DNA of 64,000 nucleotides from Balanoglossus misakiensis (GCA_040954595.2 CM082576.2:11411129-11475128), one strand, 5' to 3'; shown: positions 13,601 to 26,761, numbered from the stretch's first letter. Numbers and translations are program-made. Notes: generated by a model from the sequence alone, not told the origin.

Positions 13601-14010
13601 TGAAACCAACATCGGATTGGCATAATTTGTGCATAATTTTTAAAAGACAAGTACCTACCTTGAGAACATATGCAGTGAGTTTGACATATTTTACAAAACA
13701 GAATCGCAACTTTAACCCATTTACCCCCATGGTGATTTTGTAGAAGTGTTTCTCATGTACTTCATCATGACAGAGTCAGGAATAGTAGAATTTGAGACAA
13801 TAAGATTATTCAATTGGTCGCAGCTGACTGCTTAAGACAAACGAAAACAATTTTAAAATACATCTTGGGACAAAAATACTGGTAGAAATCCCTAAAAACA
13901 AAGTAACCTTAACCTTCTAGCACCATCTATAACAAAACAATTCCAATGTATCCATATTTATATCAAAATACTTGAAAAATTACTTTGAAATTGAATTTGC
14001 CTCATTGCTA

Positions 14011-17000
14011 TCATACCGGACAGTTTGAAAAATTTTCAACTGGCGGTGCAGCTATGTGATTAGTGTCTGCGTTATTCGACTCAGTCCTGTCTGAATTCAG
14101 ATGACAGTGGCAAATTGAGTTGTTCGTCGTCAGTGTGCATCCCACGTCGATCTCGTTGAATTCGTTCCCACAGTTTTGAGTTGGGTCGTCTGGTGGCGAC
14201 TTCTTGACCGGGCAGGTGTTCCAGGGCGTTTCGTTCGGTCTGAGACTCTCCGTGTGATTGCAACTGGAGCCGTTCCTCTGAAACGCCAACGGGCAGCTCT
14301 TGACGATCTGCGTTGCCTGGACGACCCTCTCCATGATCTCCTGGCACTGCTTCTGGTTGCCGAGTAAATTGTGGATGTGCGCGAGGAGGATGTCGAAGAA
14401 CATCGGGACGCCGTCGTATCCTGTCAAACACGAACAGAGCATTGAGTCGTTTCGCAAATAATTGTCACATTTTTTTGTCAATTCTTTCCTTGGGATGTAG
14501 AATACAACTGCAGTGAAACCTGCCTATTAAGGACACCTCTGGGACCGGAAAATCTGTCCTTGTTACAGAGGTGTCCTGATTAGACAGGTTTCTGTAATGA
14601 CAGGTTTCACTGTATTTTGTGTGCATGCATCGTGTTAATCAAAAACTCTGAAATTTGACGGTCGACTCGACTTACCAGGAAACGCGTTGATGTCGATTAC
14701 AGTATGCCGCCTGGTATCTTTCTCAACGATCACGTCGATGCCAAAGAGATCCATGCCTAGTTCACTCCTGACACTGTGCACCAACGCGCTCAGAGTGTCC
14801 GGACAAGGTGGGAGGTCCTCCAGCGTGTCAAGATCACTCTCATCCAGCTGGGAAAACACAGAAATCAACCGCATGTGAATCAATTGATCTTCTGAGGGTC
14901 GGAGTTTTTCAACAGGTACCGGTGACAAACACACCTCACCGGTTTCCTGCTCTATGATTGGGCGCCTCATTGTCACACGGGGTGCATCATTTCTGCATTG
15001 ATCCATGCAACGGGCATGATATCAGTTACTGAAGTATTACCTGCAAACATTCTGTGTGTGCACATCATATATACATATGTGAGGACATAAACAAAATGTA
15101 GGTTCAGGGTCCTGGGATTTCTATTCATGATTTCAAACATTCATCCGCCTTCATTTTCAAACTAAACACCACTGAAATTAATTATCAATCAACTGTTGAT
15201 GTTTCAGTGGCACTGAGGATTACTGTACTGTTAAAAAGAGTATTGATTCCCTTGTTAAAATCAGAGATGAGAAAACCTAAACACCGCCATGTTTTTGTGA
15301 TTTGTGAACAACCTACCTCATTCAGGAATGATGACGAGTTTGCTTTTGACACAGAGTGGCTATCAAAGAAGATGGTATTTTTATCTGAAAATGATAAAAA
15401 AGTGATTGGTGACATCGCCAAAACTGTGATAATTGCTTGGTAATTTTATGTACAGTGTTCATTATATAGAAAAAAGGCCATTCTTGGTTGTAGTCAACTG
15501 TTTACTAAAACACTGAAATCTTGGTCAACCGTCGCAAGAATGAAATAAAAAGCCACTATTACAGGTTATTACTGCAAGCCTTTTTTTCCCTGTGAACTGT
15601 TTAGGCATGTCATCACCACTTACCTCCTGCTGTGAAATTTTTGAGGGAAGGCCTCTCCACAGTGTAATGATGATCCCCTATGATGTAGAGTTTATGCAAC
15701 CTTGCATTGTGGTTTACGAACGTCTGCGCCACACACGGCGGTTTGACGTCTTTCAGGCCGTCCTCGTTGAATATGATGGACATCTGTGAAATGAAACCGA
15801 AAAAACATGATCATCATGCGTGCGGGCCATGCGCAAAACATACTACCCTTTCTCCCTGTTTCCCTTTACAGAGATCCAACTCTACCACAGAAAAATACTG
15901 AACATTCGGATCAAACCATACTGGTGAAAGGGTTAAGTTTACAGAAAAGAGAACAAAAAATTTAATTGTGGTAAAATGACAGAGACAAAACTCACCATGT
16001 GCGACAGGAATGATCCATGACCTTGCAACGCTTTACAGACTGAAAATACAACAGGAATTGTTAATAACACAGTAGAATTCAAACATTTGAATTCTGCTGG
16101 GAAATGGGAGCACCTTGAACAGGTGTCTCTCTGAGAAGTACAAGCAGCCATTTCCGATAACATGGCAACAATTACCATTGTGGAGACCTACTACATCATG
16201 AAAGTCTCCCCAATCATTGAACTCTGACATATACATTACATGCTGCAAGCAGGCATCTTATCAGGTTCATTTTTTATATTTCGATCACGTTAACAAAAGT
16301 GTGACAGTCACTGAATGCAGCATTTGGTGGAACATCTTACCAATTGGGAATTCCACTTCAGCTGAGTTCATTAACTTCATGATTTCTATTTTATCTGTAG
16401 TTTCAATTTTCACAAAATTCGGCGTTCCCACGGCAGGATATGCATCTACGGAAAAGAGACATCAAATGAAAAAAAAAATTGCCACATTGAGTTTAAGGTA
16501 AGGTTATTCACAAAACACTTTTTTTTCTGTCCGAGTACATCATATGGCAATGGTACTGTCTGAAATGTACGGCATTGACAGTACTGAAGCATATGATGTA
16601 CAAGGGCATATATTAAGTTAATATGATTAAAAAATATTTTAATACATCGTCCTTGCTCAAAATTATCCCTGAAAATGGAAAGAGTCGACTATTTTCACTG
16701 AATACGTGTTGTGATAACTTGAATGTCAATGGGAAAATTATTACATTAACTTCATTTGCATATAGAATACTTTTGACCTTTCTATCTTTTGGAATCTTTA
16801 AGCTTGATACTCCCTAGCTGATGTGAGAATTTACAGTACCATTAACTTTCTTGCAAGTTGGGCCTTTTTTGTGTTGAGGAGTTAAATAATGGGCATTTCA
16901 TCCTGCTTCAGAGAGTTCAACAAGTCAATTTTTTTTAAAAGCTAATGGTTTTATATATTATAAGTGACTCAGTTGTTTCATTCACTGTATTATCTCTAAT

Positions 17001-20000
17001 ATACACGACTTGTTCAGGCTACGAAAAACAATTACCTTACCCAGATTCCAATTTCTTCGCTATCAGGTAACATAGCAGATGACTTCATGCTAAACATTAG
17101 TTTTGAGTGCATGCAATCTTCGCTGAAAATTTCCCTTTTAATACAACTTATCCATTTTAGCTAACTCACAAAATGACTTTGACATTCTGATGTGACGAAA
17201 AGAGGAGAAACTACCTCGATGGCTTGAGATTAGGGAATGACGAGCGGCCTCCATCGCCATCATATGCAATCATGGCAAGCAATACTACACCCCTTGCCGT
17301 TGTCAGCTGAAAATCATTAACGGATGAAAATTGGCATCGCAGCGAGTAACATTACACTGTGATGAGCTCCTGAATTGCCAACTAATTCCATTGATATTGG
17401 GAGACTCGGATTTACCGCATCACCATGGCGACTTCATCAAAAGCGACGGACAGCAGCGTATCATAAACGCCGCATTCGAATCAGATTTCAGAGAAAATCC
17501 ATAGATGGGGGACTCAAGTTTTTAATGCGATTCTCGAAATTGCTTCGGCACGACGGGAGTAATACTGTAAAACGTTTTTTTTTCGCGACAGGAAATGTTC
17601 GGGATATCAGAAGAGGCAACTGTTACGCGAGGATTAATTTGGTCGTTCTTGTATTTCACTAACTGCATCGTTATCTCCGAAAAACATTTTACGCGACTTT
17701 TTATTTACATGTTTTATTGGCTCTCGCGTATTTCGCGAAAAATTTATTGCTCGCGAAAATAACCCGTTTTACAGTATATATCCTACCTTTGAAGGCCACA
17801 CTGCAATCTTGTATAAGTTTGTATGAGATGTGTCTCTTGAGCAGTTTGCGCACTGATTGCAACGGATCGATGACTATCACATTTGGGTGGTTTCTTATAT
17901 AATCCTGTTGTGAAGAGAAGCGTGGAGAAATTAATCATCAACTTGGGTGGTTTCTCTCTCTCTCTCTCACGTATCAACAACTGGAATGACATTCATGGCA
18001 TGCACAAGGTGTTGTAAAAACTGCCAATCCCATAGCTGCCACTACTAAATACATTCTGGAAGTCAGATTTTTTGTTAAACGGTGGTTTACACCTGTGTGT
18101 GCCTATGACCTTTCCGACGTCATGTGATTCACCCCAGAGGTCATCGAATTACTGGGACATGAAATTTATATTCTCAGTTAAGGTTCTGAGATGATTTGAC
18201 ACATATGAAAAAATATCAGGATTTCAGATAAAAACAGATCAAATCAATTCACCTCCAGATTGGAAACCATTCTCTGTGATCTGTTGTCTCCCTCGTCGGC
18301 TTTGGTGACGACGTCTGTCAGTTTATGTAAGATGACATCCAGTGGACCTTGGTCTTCTAATGGCTGGGAGAGATCAATCTGTTGGCAGAGAATTTCGTGG
18401 GAGCTAGGTTGTTAATGTGGAATATGCAGAATAAAAATAAGCCAGATTAGCCTGACATTGTCAGCAGTTTATACATCTAGATTACTACATCATTTGTGTT
18501 GTGTTGTGTTGTGTTGTGTCGAAATGACTCAGGGTCGACAGAATTTTGGTGAGCAAAGATTGCAATATTGATGGCTCGCAAGCAAATGACAATGACACGT
18601 CTCTGAAGGACTTCATTTTGCCAGTGGGTAGGTCTTAGAGAATGCAGTGTGTTATCCAAAGCCATTAGCCACGTGGACTTTGAAATGTATTAACAAAATG
18701 TGTGTTATTCATACTTGATGTCACCTTTTGTTGAACAGATCATGGTTTGCAAATGTTTAGGAAATAGCCATTGCCTCTGCTGAAAAATGGTATCAGTCAT
18801 CAGACAATGTTACATATTTCCATCACTGTTTGCTTTTTCATTAACCAGCCACTGCTAATCTACGAATGTGATTTTCATATGATGGAACTGACTGGGCCAC
18901 ACACTTCCTTCCGATCAATTGTCTGGCTGCCCTATCATCTTATCATATCACGCTGCTCTCAACCCTATACTTTGTTAGGTTAACATCTAATAATTGTGTA
19001 ATACATACAATTTAATCGCTATTTGGCCTTATCAGCAGTTCTCATAAAACCTAACCCTTTTGTTTATATCTTGCTGGTATATGTGTATGCTGATAATATT
19101 ATTAAAATTTGGTCTAATTTTTCTCAGATCATAGTTTTTTTTTATTAATCGACTCACCTTCTTTTAGATGATTTAAATATGTAATCAAAATGAAAATCGG
19201 TTTGATGGTGCCTCAATAGTATTTTCAGTTTAATCTCATTTGTTCAGATTTTCAAGATTAATACAACATACATTGCAGAAAGTCTTACAGGTATTTTGAT
19301 TAAAACGTGTCAGATCCATTATGATGTATGCTCTTTTTTTCAGAACTAGTAACACATGATTATAACATTATGCAATAGCCTTTGTTACATCTGCAGTGTA
19401 TTTAGTACCTTATATAACCTTCTACCGGTATTTGAGCTATTTGTAGAAGGTTGCCTCATGGAAGACCCACCTGCATTCTAATGCAAACTTGATATGTATA
19501 CATGTACTTCCTCTGGCAGGAAACATGAATATAAACCTATGGCTAACGAATAAAGAATAATTTTTCAGGACGCCATTTATTAAAGAAAAGAATTTTGAAA
19601 TATAATCAAGAGTCGATGGGTAAATGTAAGTTTTCAGCTGGTTGAGATTTCAGAAACTACCTTTGAATTCCATTAGATGTTTTGTTATTGAGGACTGCTC
19701 TGTCATCATGGTCATAATAGTTTATGTGTGGGAACAATTTTGTTTTATGTACCTGTACAATCCAGTATCTCCAATAAACTAATTCTGTCATAGCCTACCC
19801 TTATTGCAGTCCAAGTCACAGTCCAAGGCTGACGGTACGAGGACAGAGATAATTGATTAGTTTACAGAGGTCCTTTATATTTCAGTATGCAGAACAATGT
19901 AAGTAATTTGAGAAGTCAAATACCGACAATGTCAAAAATTAGTCAATATATTTCAATACTTCATTCTGTGAAGGTTGTTTCCATAACAATGTATTTGGAA

Positions 20001-23000
20001 GTGATGTTGTTATTTTATTGAAGCGATAAATTTTATCTGTACAGCAGGGCATTATTAACGTTTCTGAAATTGTTTCACCACTGTCATTGACCTGGGATAT
20101 CTGGCCATTCTTGAAAACTGTCATAAATAAATCACCCAATTCACATGTGCAGTAATGGACTTCGGCACAATGCTTGGCTTATCCTGAAACCACTGTTGAG
20201 TTCAAAGTTTTATTGACTGTTCCACTTCAGTGCTATATAAATCACACAGTTGTGACACCCACAAAGCACATTCTACCATGAGCGTGTCAATAGCTGCTAG
20301 TTATTTTTTAACTGTGGCACCTTATTTCGTAAAGTAGGGCTGATTTAATATCGGTGTTCTAATGTATACCTTTCCATCGCCGGATCATTCTCCTCGGTGG
20401 TAATTGAGTAACTGAATCAGTTTTCATTTGGAATGACTGGAATGAAATATTTCAATGAAGTATATTCGATGACAAGCCAGCAAATTATGCTTATTTAATG
20501 AATAGGAGTGGACAGTTGCCTAAGTACACGTGTACATGTATGTATGACTGCGTGCCAGTCACCATAAATAACACAAGGGAAGTGTAAATCAGGCGTGATA
20601 CCAGTTTATGGCAGATACAGACTTATCTCTGAAACCGATTTACCTATCAGTTTCACCACCTCCATTGATGAAAAAATTTGCAAAGTTTCATATTCGCTGT
20701 AGGTTTCAAAACGTCTTATTGTTATCTGTTTATTATTTTTCATCATTTTTGTGAACCAACAACCATAATGAATCAAAGATGTTGTGGTGCATGTTTCAAC
20801 TCTTATTAATGCATGTATGACCACGCTTCTCCAACAATACGTTTTTGTGAATAGTTTGAAATTCACTCTTCTATACACTGAACAATATTTGGATGTTACA
20901 TTTCAATGATTCACTTGCAGTGTACACATATTTGCTGTAGATTATTCATTTAACAGCTAACATAATGTCAGAATTGACTCAAGCTTTTTTTTCACAGTGA
21001 GACCAGAACTAGGATTCCATATATCTTTTCTGTCAATCAAGGTCACACGTCGTTTTCAAAATTAACATTTTGTAACTGTAGTCAGCGAAAATTGATGATA
21101 CACTCAGTGGAATTTTGATTGATGTATCAACGGAATTTCACCGATATGTGTAATGTATGCTGGTAAAGTCTGTCTACATCAGTGTTTGTATGTATCATGT
21201 CTGGGTTGGTGTCAATGATGCTTGCATTAGATCGGACAGTGTCAAAGTTCCTGAACTTTCACGAATGACAGCGAAGCACACCAGTTTGAGATGTTAGTTG
21301 TGATAAGAAACCTAATGTGGCAACTGGCATATCTGGACGAACGAAAGCAGTTATCAGATGTCATGACTCCATCATCCAATCTTGTGGTCCATATAGATTT
21401 CTTGAAATTCACACATGTGTATCCTGTACTCGAAATGTGTGTAAATTCTTCTGACTATGACCCTCCTTCAGCTGCAAGAACTGTCACCCACTGGTCATGT
21501 AGTGGACTCCCCCCCCCCCCCCCCCCCCCCCAACAGCAAAGAAGCACTACCTGTGTCAGTGTTCGAAATTCATAGGAAATATCAACCAGTCACCAGGACT
21601 GGCAACTTCAAAAAGTTGCCAGTCCTGCCAAAAACTTACCAGTCCTGATATTATGCCTTACAATTAAATGTAATCAAATACAACTGAGAAGCTATTACCT
21701 TATCTGTGAACAATTGAAGATGGGATGGAATCATCTTTCTCTTTACATTACTTTGATTTGATAATTTTCAAGCTTTTACATCATTGTTTCTTTTATTTGC
21801 AATACATGAACTGGGGAAAGTCTAAAAGATGTCATGATACCATGGTACCACTGGTTAACTCCCATGCTAAATTCAACCTGTCTGTCGGACTGGTAACATT
21901 TTATTTTTACCAGTCCTACAGAAAAACAACCAGTCTCGGACTGTCGGACAGGCTTTATTTCGTACACTGCCTGTGTACAATGAAACCTGTTTGGACCGAA
22001 CACTAATGGGGTCAGAAAGTTAAAGCACTTTTCACTGAGGCATTAACATTTCAAACATGCTGTCCTGAACGGAAGACAGGGTAAAAACAGACATTTTACC
22101 GTGGAACTGGTTCACGCAGGTTTCGCTATTCCCCAATTGGGCTGTAGCATCTGTGCGAAATCCACTGCACTGCTGAAAGGCGTTCAGTAATGCATTTCCC
22201 TCATAATTGAATTGACTCTTGGTCGAAGCATTTCTTGTTTGTCTGACTGTGGGACGGGGAATGCCCGATGGCAAAGCGACAGACTCACCAATGTCCCCCC
22301 CCCCCCCACTTCATATGCATGATATGGGAACGATTCAAAGAAATGAAACACCCAAAAACAAGAAATTAAATACCCAAGGCTCACTTTCTAATATAGTAGC
22401 CAAGGCCATTTGAATTGAATAGCAATTGACAGGTCTGCAGCAGATGGACAGATTTGTCAATTACTGACATCTGAGAGCTATATTTTTTTTATGCACTGCT
22501 GAAGGAACTGGATTTCTAACATGTATCGTATGTAAACCAATTTAAAATGGAAGGCAGAACACATGGTCTCCACAGTGGCAAACCTGCGTAGCCTGCCTCA
22601 TTAGATTGGCAGAGTTGATTCGATTATCATGCGATGGAAAATCAACTGCAGACGAGACACAGCGAGTAAATTGAACAATCACCTGGGTATATGAAGAACA
22701 CAGCAGTGTGGCGGTGTTCAGGCCTAGGGGAAACGGGTCCAGAGAAAGATTCCCCATGGTGAAGAGATTGTTTTCAATGCATACTGGATGGTTTCATCAG
22801 GGGGACACCGTTTGCAGTTAGGGTGTTGCAATTGTTATTGTACCTCAGACTAAAGACAAAAATCAAGTTGTGTTTACGGTAACCTGACCTACCCTAGTTC
22901 AAACCCCCTAATCCTAAACTTTTTCATTTCTCCATTTGGGGCAAAATGCCGAAAAGTCAAGTGTCAGTGTGATTCAGTTCTGTCATACAGTCCAATATGA

Positions 23001-24363
23001 TTACTGCACCTACCTACCTACCTGAGAGGTATGTTACGTGAAACACAATTTGGTTCTTCTGTTTTCTGATGTAAATTAATTACCTACATTTTCTGTGTTC
23101 TACACTTACAAAATATACCTCTGGTAGCATTTTTGTCTACTGTAACATGTCCTTTTGATATTCTTTTTTTTCCTGTCAGTATTATTATTAATATGGTACT
23201 ATAGTGGAATTAATTAATGCTTTTGTCAATCAAGACTACATTGTATTCCGGTATGGCATGGTATTCAAGTTTGACAAAAACACAATTGATGACAATACAA
23301 ATATTATCCAATGTTATTCAATGTATTGTGTGAGGACACTTACCTGTACAAGTTCAAGGCCCGTCAAACTGAAATAGAAGGAAAAACACAGCGATTATAA
23401 TCAAACTCACAATTTCGACCAAAGTTCAATAACACTTCCTGGGAACCAAACACTTGTAAATGGTTGGCAGGGCAGCCAAGTCTTCCCAACTTCCTGCCAT
23501 GGAGGCTGACATTCTGAACATTCTAAGTTAAATTTGAAATTCCTGGGAAGTGTTGTTTGTAGAAATGGAATCTGTGCATTTTGACATTTTTTTTCTTTAC
23601 TGGAAATATGAAAGCTTAGAAAATGATTAAATATATTTCAAATCGACAAACCTAGGTCATTATTAGTCCTTGGGGTTTGGTGAATGACCCTGGTCATACT
23701 CTTTCTTTATATAGTTTGACAAATTCAATACACACATTCTGTGACAGGCTCAGGTGAAAGAGAGGGCAACACTAAAATCATCATAATTTGTCACTTTAGA
23801 TTAATTTGAGAACACTTCTTCCATCTGTGATCAACAATCATTAGATTGATTCTCCTGCTCAATTTACTGAATTGAGGTGAAACAAACATCACAACGTTAA
23901 CATTCCAAATCACTTGACCAAGTCACGACTTATTAGTATCATAAAGACTATTTTGTCTGTGCTACCTTTGAGAATTGGTTGATGATGTGTCCAGGGGTGG
24001 GGTGTCTGTGTTTTGATTTCTCAGTCCATGGTATTGATATAAAGACGTATGCATACTATTAGTATTACTGGATTACTAGTGTTTTCACGATCCCATGGCA
24101 ATACTGGGAAAAGCTCTCGCATACGTCGGTTACACCAACAAATAATTGATACAGCACACACGATCATACTTAAAATCAGTCTCCTACAACCATATTGTTC
24201 CACGATCATTCATTGATATTTTGATTAGCAATTGATTAGCAGAATGTCAAATCCATTCACACTCGAGGGACAGTGCTACACTTTACCTCCATTGCTCCCT
24301 GAAGTCGTCGAAGTTTAGTTTCTTTCGCTTCTTCTCGCTTAACCAATACCCAGCTCTTTTCAT
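14011..24363 (-). CDS. ITPK1: Inositol-tetrakisphosphate 1-kinase (ATP-grasp), 434 aa
   Basis: Exons 24287-24363, 23344-23368, 18253-18378, 17787-17904, 16341-16445, 15996-16039, 15624-15783, 15317-15384, 14676-14847, 14011-14420, all GT-AG and in phase. Motifs GYWLSEKK.KKLNF, QGPLDVILHKLTD, PPCVAQTFVNHNA, RPSLKNF, FDSHSVSK, LFGIDVI, VIDINAFPGYDGV are diagnostic of ITPK1. Confidence 0.96.
14511..14612. mobile_element. ~100-bp MITE (Tc1/mariner/pogo-like ends) in ITPK1 intron 9
   Basis: TIR CAGTGAAACCTG (14511-14522) / CAGGTTTCACTG (14601-14612), followed by TA on the right (TG on the left); internal inverted pair AGGACACCTCT/AGAGGTGTCCT. Confidence 0.75.
17563..17776. mobile_element. ~210-bp MITE with TA target-site duplication in ITPK1 intron 4
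   Basis: TACTGTAAAACG (17563-17574) / CGTTTTACAGTA (17765-17776) perfect inverted ends; internal TTCGCG/CGCGAA subterminal repeats. Confidence 0.8.
21557..21969. mobile_element. 413-bp non-autonomous DNA transposon (hAT-like CAG...CTG ends, 7-bp TSD) in ITPK1 intron 2
   Basis: TIR CAGTGTTCGAAAT / ATTTCGTACACTG (12/13); identical flanks CCTGTGT at 21550-21556 and 21970-21976; GGACTGG/CCAGTCC subterminal repeats near both ends. Confidence 0.85.
22866..23050. mobile_element. Degenerate MITE in ITPK1 intron 2
   Basis: Imperfect inverted ends AGTTGTGTTTACGGTAAC / GTTACGTGAAACACAATT (about 14/18) with CCTAC repeats inside both ends; no clear TSD. Confidence 0.45.
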
Positions 24364-24830
24364 TCTCACAGGTCTTGGCTTCCTCGGAAATGATCGAACT
24401 GGAAGTTTTGTGCACAACACGACGATTGCCTAACCTATCTCGTCATTTACCAGTGAGAAACTCCATATGATATGGGTTGGGTGTGTAGCAGTACGTCAGT
24501 CTGAATGCCCGTGAGGTCACAGCCTTGTGGGTGGAACTATTTAAACATAGGGGGTGTCGGCATTATTAACACATTCATTCATGATCACGCATGAGAGTGC
24601 AGGGTTGAAATGGCGAAGCATTCGGCCAGCTATATGCAAAATTATCAGCATTGGTGTGATTTGAATGCGTTTGTTCATCCATACAACCAGAAACTTTGAA
24701 TGTCGAAGTCACGCGACAACACCTGTTGAAAATTATTGATAGTATCATCTCGTCCCAGATCTGCAGAGGGCATCGCAGGATGGCGCTGGTTACACTTGGA
24801 GGTCAGAGTTACTGAACTTTTATTTTCTGG
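24364..24830. promoter_or_regulatory. Divergent promoter region ITPK1 / LYSET with candidate non-coding first exon of LYSET
   Basis: CpG-enriched interval upstream of the ITPK1 ATG; plus-strand donor CTGG|GTGAGA at 24830/24831 could splice to the acceptor TTATTACAG at 26319. Confidence 0.5.
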
Positions 24831-26365
24831 GTGAGATTTCGTCAAATGGCATTAATTTAGCGATTTAAATGTAATGAAATTATGAATAAAAGCAAAAATG
24901 ATGTTTTGCTTTCGTAAAATATGACATAGTTATTTTTAAATTGACAAAAACATGCAATGTTACCCATGATGCTTTGGTTCTACAATGGCAGCCTCCTTAG
25001 TCCTGCGACTTTGGAGTACATGTCGCTGATTTCGATATTAGAGAGACTGCAGCTGTTACACACGCGTATATATCGCATTAACAGTCACTGGCGACATTTT
25101 CCGGTTCGGCCAACGTCCATATTCCTTCTAAATATCTTGAGATTAACGAAACTACCTGTCGAGAAAGGACCCATAGTGTGGAAGTAAATTTCAACGAAGG
25201 CGTCGCGTCGTCCGAATGACACTGATCACCGCCACTCTTGCTGAAGCAGTGTCGAACTGCACACAGGCTTAGTTAGGTTAACTCGCTTGTCGTTTTTTAC
25301 CGGCCTTTGGAGTTTGTCCAATCGGATCAAAGCATTTACTTTAATATCTCATGGGAAGAATCGTTTCATTGTCGCCATTGCCAAAATAATGGTAAGTTCG
25401 CCAAACTCCCTCCATGGTCAAAGTCTACCATTAGCAACAGTATCACATGTAATCAAATATTGTTATAATATTGTCATGCATAGATTGATTAATATATTTT
25501 TTCTCATTTTAAATGTTTTACATTGTATCCATGATGACCATTCAGTAACAACATCTTTATTTAGTCAGTATTGTGGTTACCACCCACAAAACACCGACAC
25601 GATGAAGGACATGTTCTGAGTGAAGCGTGATAGTAATTCAACAAACAGCCTTTTCATACTGTTTTGCTCGGTATTTGGTTATAGTGTGACGTGGCTTGTT
25701 TATGAAACGAAAGTCTGTTTCGCTGCGTGAAGACATCTAGAAGAAAACTGAACACAACGAGATGCGAGACTTGTAACTGATATTCCAGACAAAATATTAT
25801 TTAAACCCAAGGTCAACGTAATGAGATCATGAATGGGGACAAGATACTACATGTGCTACAGTGTCACTGTAAAAACACTGCCATTAAAATGTACCATAAA
25901 CATCACCTATGGTGGCGTACTTTATATCCAATCATTAGGTTGTTATCAAACAGTGCAGAGTAATGAGCTGAACATTTCTTCAACATATCTGGAAATTACA
26001 CAGGGAAGATACGTTTCTATGTCTGATTTATACATGGTGTTCTCAAAGAGATGCAAAAGCTTTGAATCTACATTACAGATGGGACCCATCAATGGTAACT
26101 ATAGGGTCCCACTCAAAATATGGAGTCCAGTTGACACATACTCAAAATGGGACGCCAACGAATTCCTTGTCTTTTTCTTGGGGGGGGGGGGGGGGGGGGG
26201 TGGATACATGAATGGGGTTAACACATACCCAAAATGGGCTGAATACCTTCTGTCTTTTTGGGGGGATATAGACGCTCGTCAAATATAAAAACCAACTGTT
26301 CCTCTTCTTGTTATTACAGGTTTGAGATGTGGACACTTTTTGAAGTTGCTCTTCAGGGCAGTAGA

Positions 26366-26761
26366 ATGAATTTCCGACAGCGCATGGCGTGGCTCTTCCT
26401 GTGCGGCTTTCTCATGGCCAGCGTGGGAGTGGCGTACTACATCTTCGAGATCAGCGACCAGTACAACGCCCTGGCCCTGGAGCACACGCAGCAGTACGAT
26501 GCAATGGTGGAGAGGGACCCGGAAACAGTGTCCCTCCTGGAATCGTTCCACCAGAGACTCGTCTCCCTGCCCTTCTGGATCTGGATGCTGGTCTTTTTAC
26601 TTCCGTATTTACAAGTTTTCTGCGTGCTCCTGGCGTGCACCAAGAGCGACCCGCTGAAAACCTCGCTGATGATCGTGCCGCTGTTTATATGCATGAGGAT
26701 GGGCACTAGGACGAAAAAGGCAAAAAACTGCTTGAACGGAGGTGATATGTTACATACATAG
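26366..26761 (+). CDS. LYSET: Lysosomal enzyme trafficking factor (LYSET/TMEM251), 131 aa, two TM segments
   Basis: MNFRQRMAWL...YYIFEISDQYNALALEHTQQ...LVSLPFWIW..VFLLPYLQVF..L.ACTKSDP matches recalled TMEM251 (MNFRQRMGW...YYVFEISETYNRLALEHIQQ...LLSLPFWVW...PYLQMFLFLYSCTRADP). Single coding exon after the acceptor at 26319; an in-frame upstream ATG lies at 26327. Confidence 0.95.
   Translation: MNFRQRMAWLFLCGFLMASVGVAYYIFEISDQYNALALEHTQQYDAMVERDPETVSLLESFHQRLVSLPFWIWMLVFLLPYLQVFCVLLACTKSDPLKTSLMIVPLFICMRMGTRTKKAKNCLNGGDMLHT

Noticed and set aside
14848-15006. In-frame 53-codon extension upstream of ITPK1 exon 9
   Set aside because: A good acceptor at 14847 gives colinearity with ITPK1; the upstream acceptor near 15041 leads to a stop and other AGs lack pyrimidine tracts, so it is treated as intron.
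26258-26326. 167-aa LYSET ORF starting at 26258
   Set aside because: Non-ATG start, and it mostly lies upstream of the splice acceptor at 26319; homology begins at MNFRQR.
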